64,000 nucleotides of DNA from the human T2T-CHM13v2.0 reference genome, Homo sapiens. Shown one piece after another: positions 39,401-51,900 of the stretch (the first letter of the stretch is position 1; the number at the start of each line of letters is the position of its first letter). The stretch lies in the NCBI RefSeq assembly GCF_009914755.1, contig NC_060944.1; one strand, 5' to 3'. The notes beneath the pieces are model-generated. The model was given only the letters and a program-made list of their open reading frames with translations, made no database searches and was not told the DNA's origin. Both the position numbers and the translations under genes were made by a program.

Positions 39401-41613
39401 AAGCATTCTCAGAAACTTCTTTGAGATGTTTCAATTGAAGTCACAGTGTTGAACATTCCCTTTCACAGAGCAGGTTTGAAACACTCTTTTTGTAGTGTCT
39501 ATAAGTGAACATTTGGCGTGCTTTCAGGCCTAACGTGAAAAAGGAAATATCTTCCCATAAGAACTAGACAGAAGCATTCTCAGAAACTTGTTTGTGATGT
39601 GTGCCCTCTACTGACAGAGTTGAACCTTTCCTTGCAAAGAGCAGCTTTGACACACTCTTTTTGTAGAATCTGCAAGAGGCTATTTGGATAGCTTTGAGGA
39701 TTTCGTTGGAAACGGGTATGTCTTCAGATAAACTCTAGACAGAAGCATTCTCAGAAACTTCTTTGAGATGTTGCATTCAAGTCACAGAGTAGAACATTCC
39801 CATTCATAGGGCAGATTTGAAACACTCTTTTTGTAGTATCTGAAAGTGGACATTTGGAGCGCTTTCAGGCCTATGATGAAAAAGGAAATATCTTCCCATA
39901 AAAACTAGACGGAAGCATTCTCAGAAACTTACTTGTGATGTGTTTGCTCAACTAACAGAATTGAACCATCGTTTTGAAGGAGCAGTTTTGAAACACTGTT
40001 TTCGTGGAATCTGCAAGTGGATATTTGGCTAGCTTTGAGGATTTCGTTGGAAACGGGATTACATATAAAAAGGAGACAGCATTATTCTCAGAAACTTCTT
40101 TGTGATGTCTGCATTCAAGTCACAGAGTTGAGCATTCCCTTTCATGGAGCAGGTTTGAAACACTCTTTTTGTAGTATCTGGATGAGGACATTTGGAGCGC
40201 TTTCAGGCGTATGGTGAAAAAGGAAATATCTTCCCGTAAAAACTAGACAGAAGCATTCTCAGAAATTTATTTGTGATGTGTGCCCTCAACTAACAGAGTT
40301 GAACCTTTCTTTTGATAGAGCAGTTTTGAAACACTCTTTTTGTAAAATCTGCAAGAGGATATTTGGATGGCTTTGAGGATTTCGTTGCAAACGGGAATGG
40401 CTTCATATAAACTCTAGACAGAAGCATTCTCAGAAACTTCGTTGGGATGTTTCGATTGAAGTCCCAGTGTTGAACATTCCCTTTTACAGCGCAGGTTGGA
40501 AACACTCTTTTTGCATTCCCTGGAAGTGGACATTTGGAGCGCTTTCAGGACGACGGTGAAAATGGAAATATCTTCCAATAAAATCTAGATAGAAGCAATG
40601 TGAGAAACTTTTATGTGATGGATCTACTCAGCTAACAGAGTTGAACCTTTCTTTTGAGAGAGCAGTTTTGCAACACTCTTTTTGTGGAATATGCAAGTGG
40701 ATATTAGGGCAGCTTTGAGGATTTCGTTGGAAACGGGAATACATGTAAAAAGCAGACAGCAGCATTCTCAGAAACTTCTTTGTGATGTTTGCATTGAAGT
40801 CACAGAGTTGAACATTCCCTTTGAGAGAGCAGGTTTGAAACACGCCTTTTGTCATATCTGGAAGTGTCCATTCGGAGCGCATTCAGGCTTGTGTTGAAAA
40901 AGGAAATATCCTCCCATAAAAACTAGACAGAAGCATTCTCAGAAACTTATTTGTGATGTATGTACTCAACTAACAGAACTAAACCATCGTTTTGAAGGAG
41001 CAGTTTTGAAACACCCTTTTTGCGGAATCTGCAACTGGATATTTGGCTAGCTTGGAGGATTTCGTTGGAAACGGGATTACATACAAAAAGCAGACAGCAG
41101 CATTCTCAGAAACTTCTTTGTGATGTTTGCATTCAAGTCGCAGAGTTGAACATTCCCTTTCATAGAGCAGGTTTGAAACACTCTTTTTGTAGTATCTGGA
41201 TGTGGACATTTGGATCGCTTTCAGGCCTATGGTGAAAAAGGAAATATCTTCCCATGAAAACTAGACAGAAGCATTCTCAGAAACTTATTTGTGATGTGTG
41301 CCCTCAACTGACAGTGTTGAACCTTTGTTTTGATAGAGCAGTTCTGAAACACACTTTTTGTAAAATCTGCAAGAGGATATTTGGATAGCTTTGAGGATTT
41401 CGTTGGAAACGGGAATGTCTTCATGTAAACTCTAGACAGAAGCATTCTCAGAAAATGCTTTGGGATGTTTCAATTGAAGTCCCAGTGTTGAACATTCCCT
41501 TTCATAGAGCAGGTTTGAAACACTCTTTTTGTACTATCTGGAAGTGGACATTTGGAGCGCTTTCAGGTCTACGGTGAAAAAGGAGATATCTTCCAATAAA
41601 AACTAGATAGAAG

Positions 41614-42973
41614 CAATGTCAGAACTTTTTTCATGATGTATCTACTCAGCAAACAGAGTTGAACCTTTCTTTTGATAGAGCAGTTTTGAAACACTCTTTT
41701 TGTAAAATCTGCAAGAGGATATTTGGATGGCTTTGAGGATTTCGTTGCAAACGGGAATGGCTTCATATAAACTCTAGACAGAAGCATTCTCAGAAACTTC
41801 GTTGGGATGTTTCGATTGAAGTCCCAGTGTTGAACATTCCCTTTTATAGCGCAGGTTGGAAACACTCTTTCTGCATTCCTTGGAAGTGGACATTTGGAGC
41901 GCTTTCAGGACGACGGTGAAAATGGAAATATCTTCCAATAAAATCTAGATAGAAGCAATGTGAGAAACTTTTATGTGATGGATCTACTCAGCTAACAGAG
42001 TTGAACCTTTCTTTTGAGAGAGCAGTTTTGCAACACTCTTTTTGTGGAATATGCAAGTGGATATTAGGGCAGCTTTGAGGATTTCGTTGGAAACGGGAAT
42101 ACATGTAAAAAGCAGACAGCAGCATTCTCAGAAACTTCTTTGTGATGTTTGCATTGAAGTCACAGAGTTGAACATTCCCTTTGAGAGAGCAGGTTTGAAA
42201 CACGCCTTTTGTCATATCTGGAAGTGTCCATTCGGAGCGCATTCAGGCTTGTGTTGAAAAAGGAAATATCCTCCCATAAAAACTAGACAGAAGCATTCTC
42301 AGAAACTTATTTGTGATGTATGTACTCAACTAACAGAACTAAACCATCGTTTTGAAGGAGCAGTTTTGAAACACCCTTTTTGCGGAATCTGCAACTGGAT
42401 ATTTGGCTAGCTTGGAGGATTTCGTTGGAAACGGGATTACATACAAAAAGCAGACAGCAGCATTCTCAGAAACTTCTTTGTGATGTTTGCATTCAAGTCG
42501 CAGAGTTGAACATTCCCTTTCATAGAGCAGGTTTGAAACACTCTTTTTGTAGTATCTGGATGTGGACATTTGGATCGCTTTCAGGCCTATGGTGAAAAAG
42601 GAAATATCTTCCCATGAAAACTAGACAGAAGCATTCTCAGAAACTTATTTGTGATGTGTGCCCTCAACTGACAGTGTTGAACCTTTGTTTTGATAGAGCA
42701 GTTCTGAAACACACTTTTTGTAAAATCTGCAAGAGGATATTTGGATAGCTTTGAGGATTTCGTTGGAAACGGGAATGTCTTCATGTAAACTCTAGACAGA
42801 AGCATTCTCAGAAACTGCTTTGGGATGTTTCAATTGAAGTCCCAGTGTTGAACATTCCCTTTCATAGAGCAGGTTTGAAACACTCTTTTTGTACTATCTG
42901 GAAGTGGACATTTGGAGCGCTTTCAGGTCTACGGTGAAAAAGGAGATATCTTCCAATAAAAACTAGATAGAAG
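41614..42973 (+). repeat. Second 8-mer HOR structural variant (same m13/m5 hybrid), 1360 bp
   Basis: ORF period is 1360 (40628 to 41988). Same switch from m13 to m5 sequence within 41652-41675. Confidence 0.93.
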
Positions 42974-45900
42974 CAATGTCAGAACTTTTTTCATGATGTA
43001 TCTACTCAGCAAACAGAGTTGAACCTTTCTTTTGAGAGAGCACTTTTGAAACACTCTTTTTGTGGAATATGCAAGTGGGTATTAGGCCAGCTTGGAGGAT
43101 TTCGTTGGAAACGGGAATACGTATAAAAAGCAGACAGCAGCATTGTCAGAAACTACTTTGTGATGTTTGCATTCAAGTCACAGAATTGAACACTCCCTTT
43201 CACAGAGCAGGTTTGAAACACTCTTTTTGTAGTGTCTGTAAGTGAACATTTGGATTGCTTTCAGGCCTAAGGTGAAAAAGGAAATATCTTCCCATAAAAA
43301 CTAGACAGAAGCATTCTCAGAAACTTGTTTGTGATGTGTGCCCTCTACTGACAGAGTTGAACCTTTCTTTGCAAAGAGCAGTTTTGAAACACCCTTTTTG
43401 TAGAATCTGCAAGAGGATATTTGGATAGCTTTGAGGATTTCTTGGGAAACGGGAATGTCTTCAGATAAACTCTAGACAGAAGCATTCTCAGAAACTTCTT
43501 TGGGATGTTTCAATTGAAGTCACAGTGTTGAACATTCCCTTTCACAGAGCAGGTTTGAAACACTCTTTTTGTAGTGTCTATAAGTGCACATTTGGCGTGC
43601 TTTCAGGCCTAACGTGAAAAAGGAAATATCTTCCCATAAGAACTAGACAGAAGCATTCTCAGAAACTTGTTTGTGATGTGTGCCCTCTACTGACAGAGTT
43701 GAACCTTTCCTTGCAAAGAGCAGCTTTGACACACTCTTTTTGTAGAATCTGCAAGAGGCTATTTGGATAGCTTTGAGGATTTCGTTGGAAACGGGTATGT
43801 CTTCAGATAAACTCTAGACAGAAGCATTCTCAGAAACTTCTTTGAGATGTTGCATTCAAGTCACAGAGTAGAACATTCCCATTCATAGAGCAGATTTGAA
43901 ACACTCTTTTTGTAGTATCTGAAAGTGGACATTTGGAGCGCTTTCAGGCCTATGATGAAAAAGGAAATATCTTCCCATAAAAACTAGACGGAAGCATTCT
44001 CAGAAACTTACTTGTGATGTGTTTGCTCAACTAACAGAATTGAACCATCGTTTTGAAGGAGCAGTTTTGAAACACTGTTTTCGTGGAATCTGCAAGTGGA
44101 TATTTGGCTAGCTTTGAGGATTTCGTTGGAAACGGGATTACATATAAAAAGGAGACAGCATTATTCTCAGAAACTTCTTTGTGATGTCTGCATTCAAGTC
44201 ACAGAGTTGAGCATTCCCTTTCATGGAGCAGGTTTGAAACACTCTTTTTGTAGTATCTGGATGAGGACATTTGGAGCGCATTCAGGTGTATGGTGAAAAA
44301 GGAAATATCTTCCCGTAAAAACTAGACAGAAGCATTCTCAGAAATTTATTTGTGATGTGTGCCCTCAACTAACAGAGTTGAACCTTTCTTTTGATAGAGC
44401 AGTTTTGAAACACTCTTTTTGTAAAATCTGCAAGAGGATATTTGGATGGCTTTGAGGATTTCGTTGCAAACGGGAATGGCTTCATATAAACTCTAGACAG
44501 AAGCATTCTCAGAAACTTCGTTGGGATGTTTCGATTGAAGTCCCAGTGTTGAACATTCCCTTTTATAGCGCAGGTTGGAAACACTCTTTTTGCATTCCCT
44601 GGAAGTGGACATTTGGAGCGCTTTCAGGACGACGGTGAAAATGGAAATATCTTCCAATAAAATCTAGATAGAAGCAATGTCAGAAACTTTTATGTGATGG
44701 ATCTACTCAGCTAACAGAGTTGAACCTTTCTTTTGAGAGAGCAGTTTTGCAACACTCTTTTTGTGGAATATGCAAGTGGATATTAGGGCAGCTTTGAGGA
44801 TTTCGTTGGAAACGGGAATACATGTAAAAAGCAGACAGCAGCATTCTCAGAAACTTCTTTGTGATGTTTGCATTGAAGTCACAGAGTTGAACATTCCCTT
44901 TGAGAGAGCAGGTTTGAAACACGCCTTTTGTCATATCTGGAAGTGTCCATTCGGAGCGCATTCAGGCTTGTGTTGAAAAAGGAAATATCCTCCCATAAAA
45001 ACTAGACAGAAGCATTCTCAGAAACTTATTTGTGATGTATGTACTCAACTAACAGAACTAAACCATCGTTTTGAAGGAGCAGTTTTGAAACACCCTTTTT
45101 GCGGAATGTGCAACTGGATATTTGGCTAGCTTGGAGGATTTCGTTGGAAACGGGATTACATACAAAAAGCAGACAGCAGCATTCTCAGAAACTTCTTTGT
45201 GATGTTTGCATTCAAGTCGCAGAGTTGAACATTCCCTTTCATAGAGCAGGTTTGAAACACTCTTTTTGTAGTATCTGGATGTGGACATTTGGATCGCTTT
45301 CAGGCCTATGGTGAAAAAGGAAATATCTTCCCATGAAAACTAGACAGAAGCATTCTCAGAAACTTATTTGTGATGTGTGCCCTCAACTGACAGTGTTGAA
45401 CCTTTGTTTTGATAGAGCAGTTCTGAAACACACTTTTTGTAAAATCTGCAAGAGGATATTTGGATAGCTTTGAGGATTTCGTTGGAAACGGGAATGTCTT
45501 CATGTAAACTCTAGACAGAAGCATTCTCAGAAAATGCTTTGGGATGTTTCAATTGAAGTCCCAGTGTTGAACATTCCCTTTCATAGAGCAGGTTTGAAAC
45601 ACTCTTTTTGTAGTATCTGGAAGTGGACATTTGGAGCGCTTTCAGGTCTACGGTGAAAAAGGAGATATCTTCCAATAAAAACTAGATAGAAGCAATGTCA
45701 GAACTTTTTTCATGATGTATCTACTCAGCAAACAGAGTTGAACCTTTCTTTTGAGAGAGCACTTTTGAAACACTCTTTTTGTGGAATATGCAAGTGGGTA
45801 TTAGGCCAGCTTGGAGGATTTCGTTGGAAACGGGAATACGTATAAAAAGCAGACAGCAGCATTGTCAGAAACTACTTTGTGATGTTTGCATTCAAGTCAC

Positions 45901-48900
45901 AGAATTGAACACTCCCTTTCACAGAGCAGGTTTGAAACACTCTTTTTGTAGTGTCTGTAAGTGAACATTTGGATTGCTTTCAGGCCTAAGGTGAAAAAGG
46001 AAATATCTTCCCATAAAAACTAGACAGAAGCATTCTCAGAAACTTGTTTGTGATGTGTGCCCTCTACTGACAGAGTTGAACCTTTCTTTGCAAAGAGCAG
46101 TTTTGAAACACCCTTTTTGTAGAATCTGCAAGAGGATATTTGGATAGCTTTGAGGATTTCTTGGGAAACGGGAATGTCTTCAGATAAACTCTAGACAGAA
46201 GCATTCTCAGAAACTTCTTTGGGATGTTTCAATTGAAGTCACAGTGTTGAACATTCCCTTTCACAGAGCAGGTTTGAAACACCCTTTTTGTAGTGTCTAT
46301 AAGTGAACATTTGGCGTGCTTTCAGGCCTAACGTGAAAAAGGAAATATCTTCCCATAAGAACTAGACAGAAGCATTCTCAGAAACTTGTTTGTGATGTGT
46401 GCCCTCTACTGACAGAGTTGAACCTTTCCTTGCAAAGAGCAGCTTTGACACACTCTTTTTGTAGAATCTGCAAGAGGCTATTTGGATAGCTTTGAGGATT
46501 TCGTTGGAAACGGGTATGTCTTCAGATAAACTCTAGACAGAAGCATTCTCAGAAACTTCTTTGAGATGTTGCATTCAAGTCACAGAGTAGAACATTCCCA
46601 TTCATAGAGCAGATTTGAAACACTCTTTTTGTAGTATCTGAAAGTGGATATTTGGAGCGCTTTCAGGCCTATGATGAAAAAGGAAATATCTTCCCATAAA
46701 AACTAGACGGAAGCATTCTCAGAAACTTACTTGTGATGTGTTTGCTCAACTAACAGAATTGAACCATCGTTTTGAAGGAGCAGTTTTGAAACACTGTTTT
46801 CGTGGAATCTGCAAGTGGATATTTGGCTAGCTTTGAGGATTTCGTTGGAAACGGGATTACATATAAAAAGGAGACAGCAGCATTCTCAGAAACTTCTTTG
46901 TGATGTCTGCTTTCAAGTCACAGAGTTGAGCATTCCCTTTCATGGAGCAGGTTTGAAACACTCTTTTTGTAGTATCTGGATGAGGACATTAGGAGCGCTT
47001 TCAGGCGTATGGTGAAAAAGGAAATATCTTCCCGTAAAAACTAGACAGAAGCATTCTCAGAAATTTATTTGTGATGTGTGCCCTCAACTAACAGAGTTGA
47101 ACCTTTCTTTTGATAGAGCAGTTTTGAAACACTCTTTTTGTAAAATCTGCAAGAGGATATTTGGATGGCTTTGAGGATTTCGTTGCAAACGGGAATGGCT
47201 TCATATAAACTCTAGACAGAAGCATTCTCAGAAACTTCGTTGGGATGTTTCGATTGAAGTCCCAGTGTTGAACATTCCCTTTTATAGCGCAGGTTGGAAA
47301 CACTCTTTCTGCATTCCTTGGAAGTGGACATTTGGAGCGCTTTCAGGACGACGGTGAAAATGGAAATATCTTCCAATAAAATCTAGATAGAAGCAATGTC
47401 AGAAACTTTTATGTGATGGATCTACTCAGCTAACAGAGTTGAACCTTTCTTTTGAGAGAGCAGTTTTGCAACACTCTTTTTGTGGAATATGCAAGTGGAT
47501 ATTAGGGCAGCTTTGAGGATTTCGTTGGAAACGGGAATACATGTAAAAAGCAGACAGCAGCATTCTCAGAAACTTCTTTGTGATGTTTGCATTGAAGTCA
47601 CAGAGTTGAACATTCCCTTTGAGAGAGCAGGTTTGAAACACGCCTTTTGTCATATCTGGAAGTGTCCATTCGGAGCGCATTCAGGCTTGTGTTGAAAAAG
47701 GAAATATCCTCCCATAAAAACTAGACAGAAGAATTCTCAGAAACTTATTTGTGATGTATGTACTCAACTAACAGAACTAAACCATCGTTTTGAAGGAGCA
47801 GTTTTGAAACACCCTTTTTGCGGAATCTGCAACTGGATATTTGGCTAGCTTGGAGGATTTCGTTGGAAACGGGATTACATACAAAAAGCATACAGCAGCA
47901 TTCTCAGAAACTTCTTTGTGATGTTTGCATTCAAGTCGCAGAGTTGAACATTCCCTTTCATAGAGCAGGTTTGAAACACTCTTTTTGTAGTATCTGGATG
48001 TGGACATTTGGATCGCTTTCAGGCCTATGGTGAAAAAGGAAATATCTTCCCATGAAAACTAGACAGAAGCATTCTCAGAAACTTATTTGTGATGTGTGCC
48101 CTCAACTGACAGTGTTGAACCTTTGTTTTGATAGAGCAGTTCTGAAACACACTTTTTGTAAAATCTGCAAGAGGATATTTGGATAGCTTTGAGGATTTCG
48201 TTGGAAACGGGAATGTCTTCATGTAAACTCTAGACAGAAGCATTCTCAGAAACTGCTTTGGGATGTTTCAATTGAAGTCCCAGTGTTGAACATTCCCTTT
48301 CATAGAGCAGGTTTGAAACACTCTTTTTGTACTATCTGGAAGTGGACATTTGGAGCGCTTTCAGGTCTACGGTGAAAAAGGAGATATCTTCCAATAAAAA
48401 CTAGATAGAAGCAATGTCAGAACTTTTTTCATAATGTATCTACTCAGCAAACAGAGTTGAACCTTTCTTTTGAGAGAGCACTTTTGAAACACTCTTTTTG
48501 TGGAATATGCAAGTGGGTATTAGGCCAGCTTGGAGGATTTCTTTGGAAACGGGAATACGTATAAAAAGCAGACAGCAGCATTGTCAGAAACTGCTTTGTG
48601 ATGTTTGCATTCAAGTCACAGAATTGAACACTCCCTTTCACAGAGCAGGTTTGAAACACTCTTTTTGTAGTGTCTGTAAGTGAACATTTGGATTGCTTTC
48701 AGGCCTAAGGTGAAAAAGGAAATATCTTCCCATAAAAACTAGACAGAAGCATTCTCAGAAACTTGTTTGTGATGTGTGCCCTCTACTGACAGAGTTGAAC
48801 CTTTCTTTGCAAAGAGCAGTTTTGAAACACCCTTTTTGTAGAATCTGCAAGAGGATATTTGGATAGCTTTGAGGATTTCTTGGGAAACGGGAATGTCTTC

Positions 48901-51900
48901 AGATAAACTCTAGACAGAAGCATTCTCAGAAACTTCTTTGGGATGTTTCAATTGAAGTCACAGTGTTGAACATTCCCTTTCACAGAGCAGGTTTGAAACA
49001 CTCTTTTTGTAGTGTCTATAAGTGAACATTTGGCGTGCTTTCAGGCCTAACGTGAAAAAGGAAATATCTTCCCATAAGAACTAGACAGAAGCATTCTCAG
49101 AAACTTGTTTGTGATGTGTGCCCTCTACTGACAGAGTTGAACCTTTCCTTGCAAAGAGCAGCTTTGACACACTCTTTTTGTAGAATCTGCAAGAGGCTAT
49201 TTGGATAGCTTTGAGGATTTCGCTGGAAACGGGTATGTCTTCAGATAAACTCTAGACAGAAGCATTCTCAGAAACTTCTTTGAGATGTTGCATTCAAGTC
49301 ACAGAGTAGAACATTCCCATTCATAGAGCAGATTTGAAACACTCTTTTTGTAGTATCTGAAAGTGGACATTTGGAGCGCTTTCAGGCCTATGATGAAAAA
49401 GGAAATATCTTCCCATAAAAACTAGACGGAAGCATTCTCAGAAACTTACTTGTGATGTGTTTGCTCAACTAACAGAATTGAACCATCGTTTTGAAGGAGC
49501 AGTTTTGAAACACTGTTTTCGTGGAATCTGCAAGTGGATATTTGGCTAGCTTTGAGGATTTCGTTGGAAACGGGATTACATATAAAAAGGAGACAGCAGC
49601 ATTCTCAGAAACTTCTTTGTGATGTCTGCATTCAAGTCACAGAGTTGAGCATTCCCTTTCATGGAGCAGGTTTGAAACACTCTTTTTGTAGTATCTGGAT
49701 GAGGACATTTGGAGCGCTTTCAGGCGTATGGTGAAAAAGGAAATATCTTCCCGTAAAAACTAGACAGAAGCATTCTCAGAAATTTATTTGTGATGTGTGC
49801 CCTCAACTAACAGAGTTGAACCTTTCTTTTGATAGAGCAGTTTTGAAACACTCTTTTTGTGAAATCTGCAAGAGGATATTTGGATGGCTTTGAGGATTTC
49901 GTTGCAAACGGGAATGGCTTCATATAAACTCTAGACAGAAGCATTCTCAGAAACTTCGTTGGGATGTTTCGATTGAAGTCACAGTGTTGAACATTCCCTT
50001 TTATAGCGCAGGTTGGAAACACTCTTTCTGCATTCCCTGGAAGTGGACATTTGGAGCGCTTTCAGGACGACGGTGAAAATGGAAATATCTTCCAATAAAA
50101 TCTAGATAGAAGCAATGTCAGAAACTTTTATGTGATGGATCTACTCAGCTAACAGAGTTGAACCTTTCTTTTGAGAGAGCAGTTTTGCACCACTCTTTTT
50201 GTGGAATATGCAAGTGGATATTAGGGCAGCTTTGAGGATTTCGTTGGAAACGGGAATACATGTAAAAAGCAGACAGCAGCATTCTCAGAAACTTCTTTGT
50301 GATGTTTGCATTGAAGTCACAGAGTTGAACATTCCCTTTGAGAGAGCAGGTTTGAAACACACCTTTTGTCATATCTGGAAGTGTCCATTCGGAGCGCATT
50401 CAGGCTTGTGTTGAAAAAGGAAATATCCTCCCATAAAAACTAGACAGAAGCATTCTCAGAAACTTATTTGTGATGTATGTACTCAACTAACAGAACTAAA
50501 CCATCGTTTTGAAGGAGCAGTTTTGAAACACCCTTTTTGCGGAATCTGCAACTGGATATTTGGCTAGCTTGGAGGATTTCGTTGGAAACGGGATTACATA
50601 CAAAAAGCAGACAGCAGCATTCTCAGAAACTTCTTTGTGATGTTTGCATTCAAGTCGCAGAGTTGAACATTCCCTTTCATAGAGCAGGTTTGAAACACTC
50701 TTTTTGTAGTATCTGGATGTGGACATTTGGATCGCTTTCAGGCCTATGGTGAAAAAGGAAATATCTTCCCATGAAAACTAGACAGAAGCATTCTCAGAAA
50801 CTTATTTGTGATGTGTGCCCTCAACTGACAGTGTTGAACCTTTGTTTTGATAGAGCAGTTCTGAAACACACTTTTTGTAAAATCTGCAAGAGGATATTTG
50901 GATAGCTTTGAGGATTTCGTTGGAAACGGGAAGGTCTTCATGTAAACTCTAGACAGAAGCATTCTCAGAAAATGCTTTGGGATGTTTCAATTGAAGTCCC
51001 AGTGTTGAACATTCCCTTTCATAGAGCAGGTTTGAAACACTCTTTTTGTAGTATCTGGAAGTGGACATTTGGAGCGCTTTCAGGTCTACGGTGAAAAAGG
51101 AGATATCTTCCAATAAAAACTAGATAGAAGCAATGTCAGAACTTTTTTCATGATGTATCTACTCAGCAAACAGAGTTGAAGCTTTCTTTTGAGAGAGCAG
51201 TTTTGAAACACTCTTTTTGTGGAATATGCAAGTGGGTATTAGGCCAGCTTGGAGGATTTCGTTGGAAACGGGAATACGTATAAAAAGCAGACAGCAGCAT
51301 TGTCAGAAACTACTTTGTGATGTTTGCATTCAAGTCACAGAATTGAACACTCCCTTTCACAGAGCAGGTTTGAAACACTCTTTTTGTAGTGTCTGTAAGT
51401 GAACATTTGGATTGCTTTCAGGCCTAAGGTGAAAAAGGAAATATCTTCCCATAAAAACTAGACAGAAGCATTCTCAGAAACTTGTTTGTGATGTGTGCCC
51501 TCTACTGACAGAGTTGAACCTTTCTTTGCAAAGAGCAGTTTTGAAACACCCTTTTTGTAGAATCTGCAAGAGGATATTTGGATAGCTTTGAGGATTTCTT
51601 GGGAAACGGGAATGTCTTCAGATAAACTCTAGACAGAAGCATTCTCAGAAACTTCTTTGGGATGTTTCAATTGAAGTCACAGTGTTGAACATTCCCTTTC
51701 ACAGCGCAGGTTTGAAACACTCTTTTTGTAGTGTCTATAAGTGAACATTTGGCGTGCTTTCAGGCCTAACGTGAAAAAGGAAATATCTTCCCATAAGAAC
51801 TAGACAGAAGCATTCTCAGAAACTTGTTTGTGATGTGTGCCCTCTACTGACAGAGTTGAACCTTTCCTTGCAAAGAGCAGCTTTGACACACTCTTTTTGT

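Noticed and set aside
41569-41865. Unique 98-aa minus-strand ORF
   Set aside because: It is a read-through across the m13/m5 hybrid junction. The twin junction at ~32.1 kb has a 1-bp deletion that removes it.
14380-44287. Shared CAGGTGTATG variant in two distant units
   Set aside because: It is a CpG>TpG transition and likely recurrent, so it is not evidence of shared descent.
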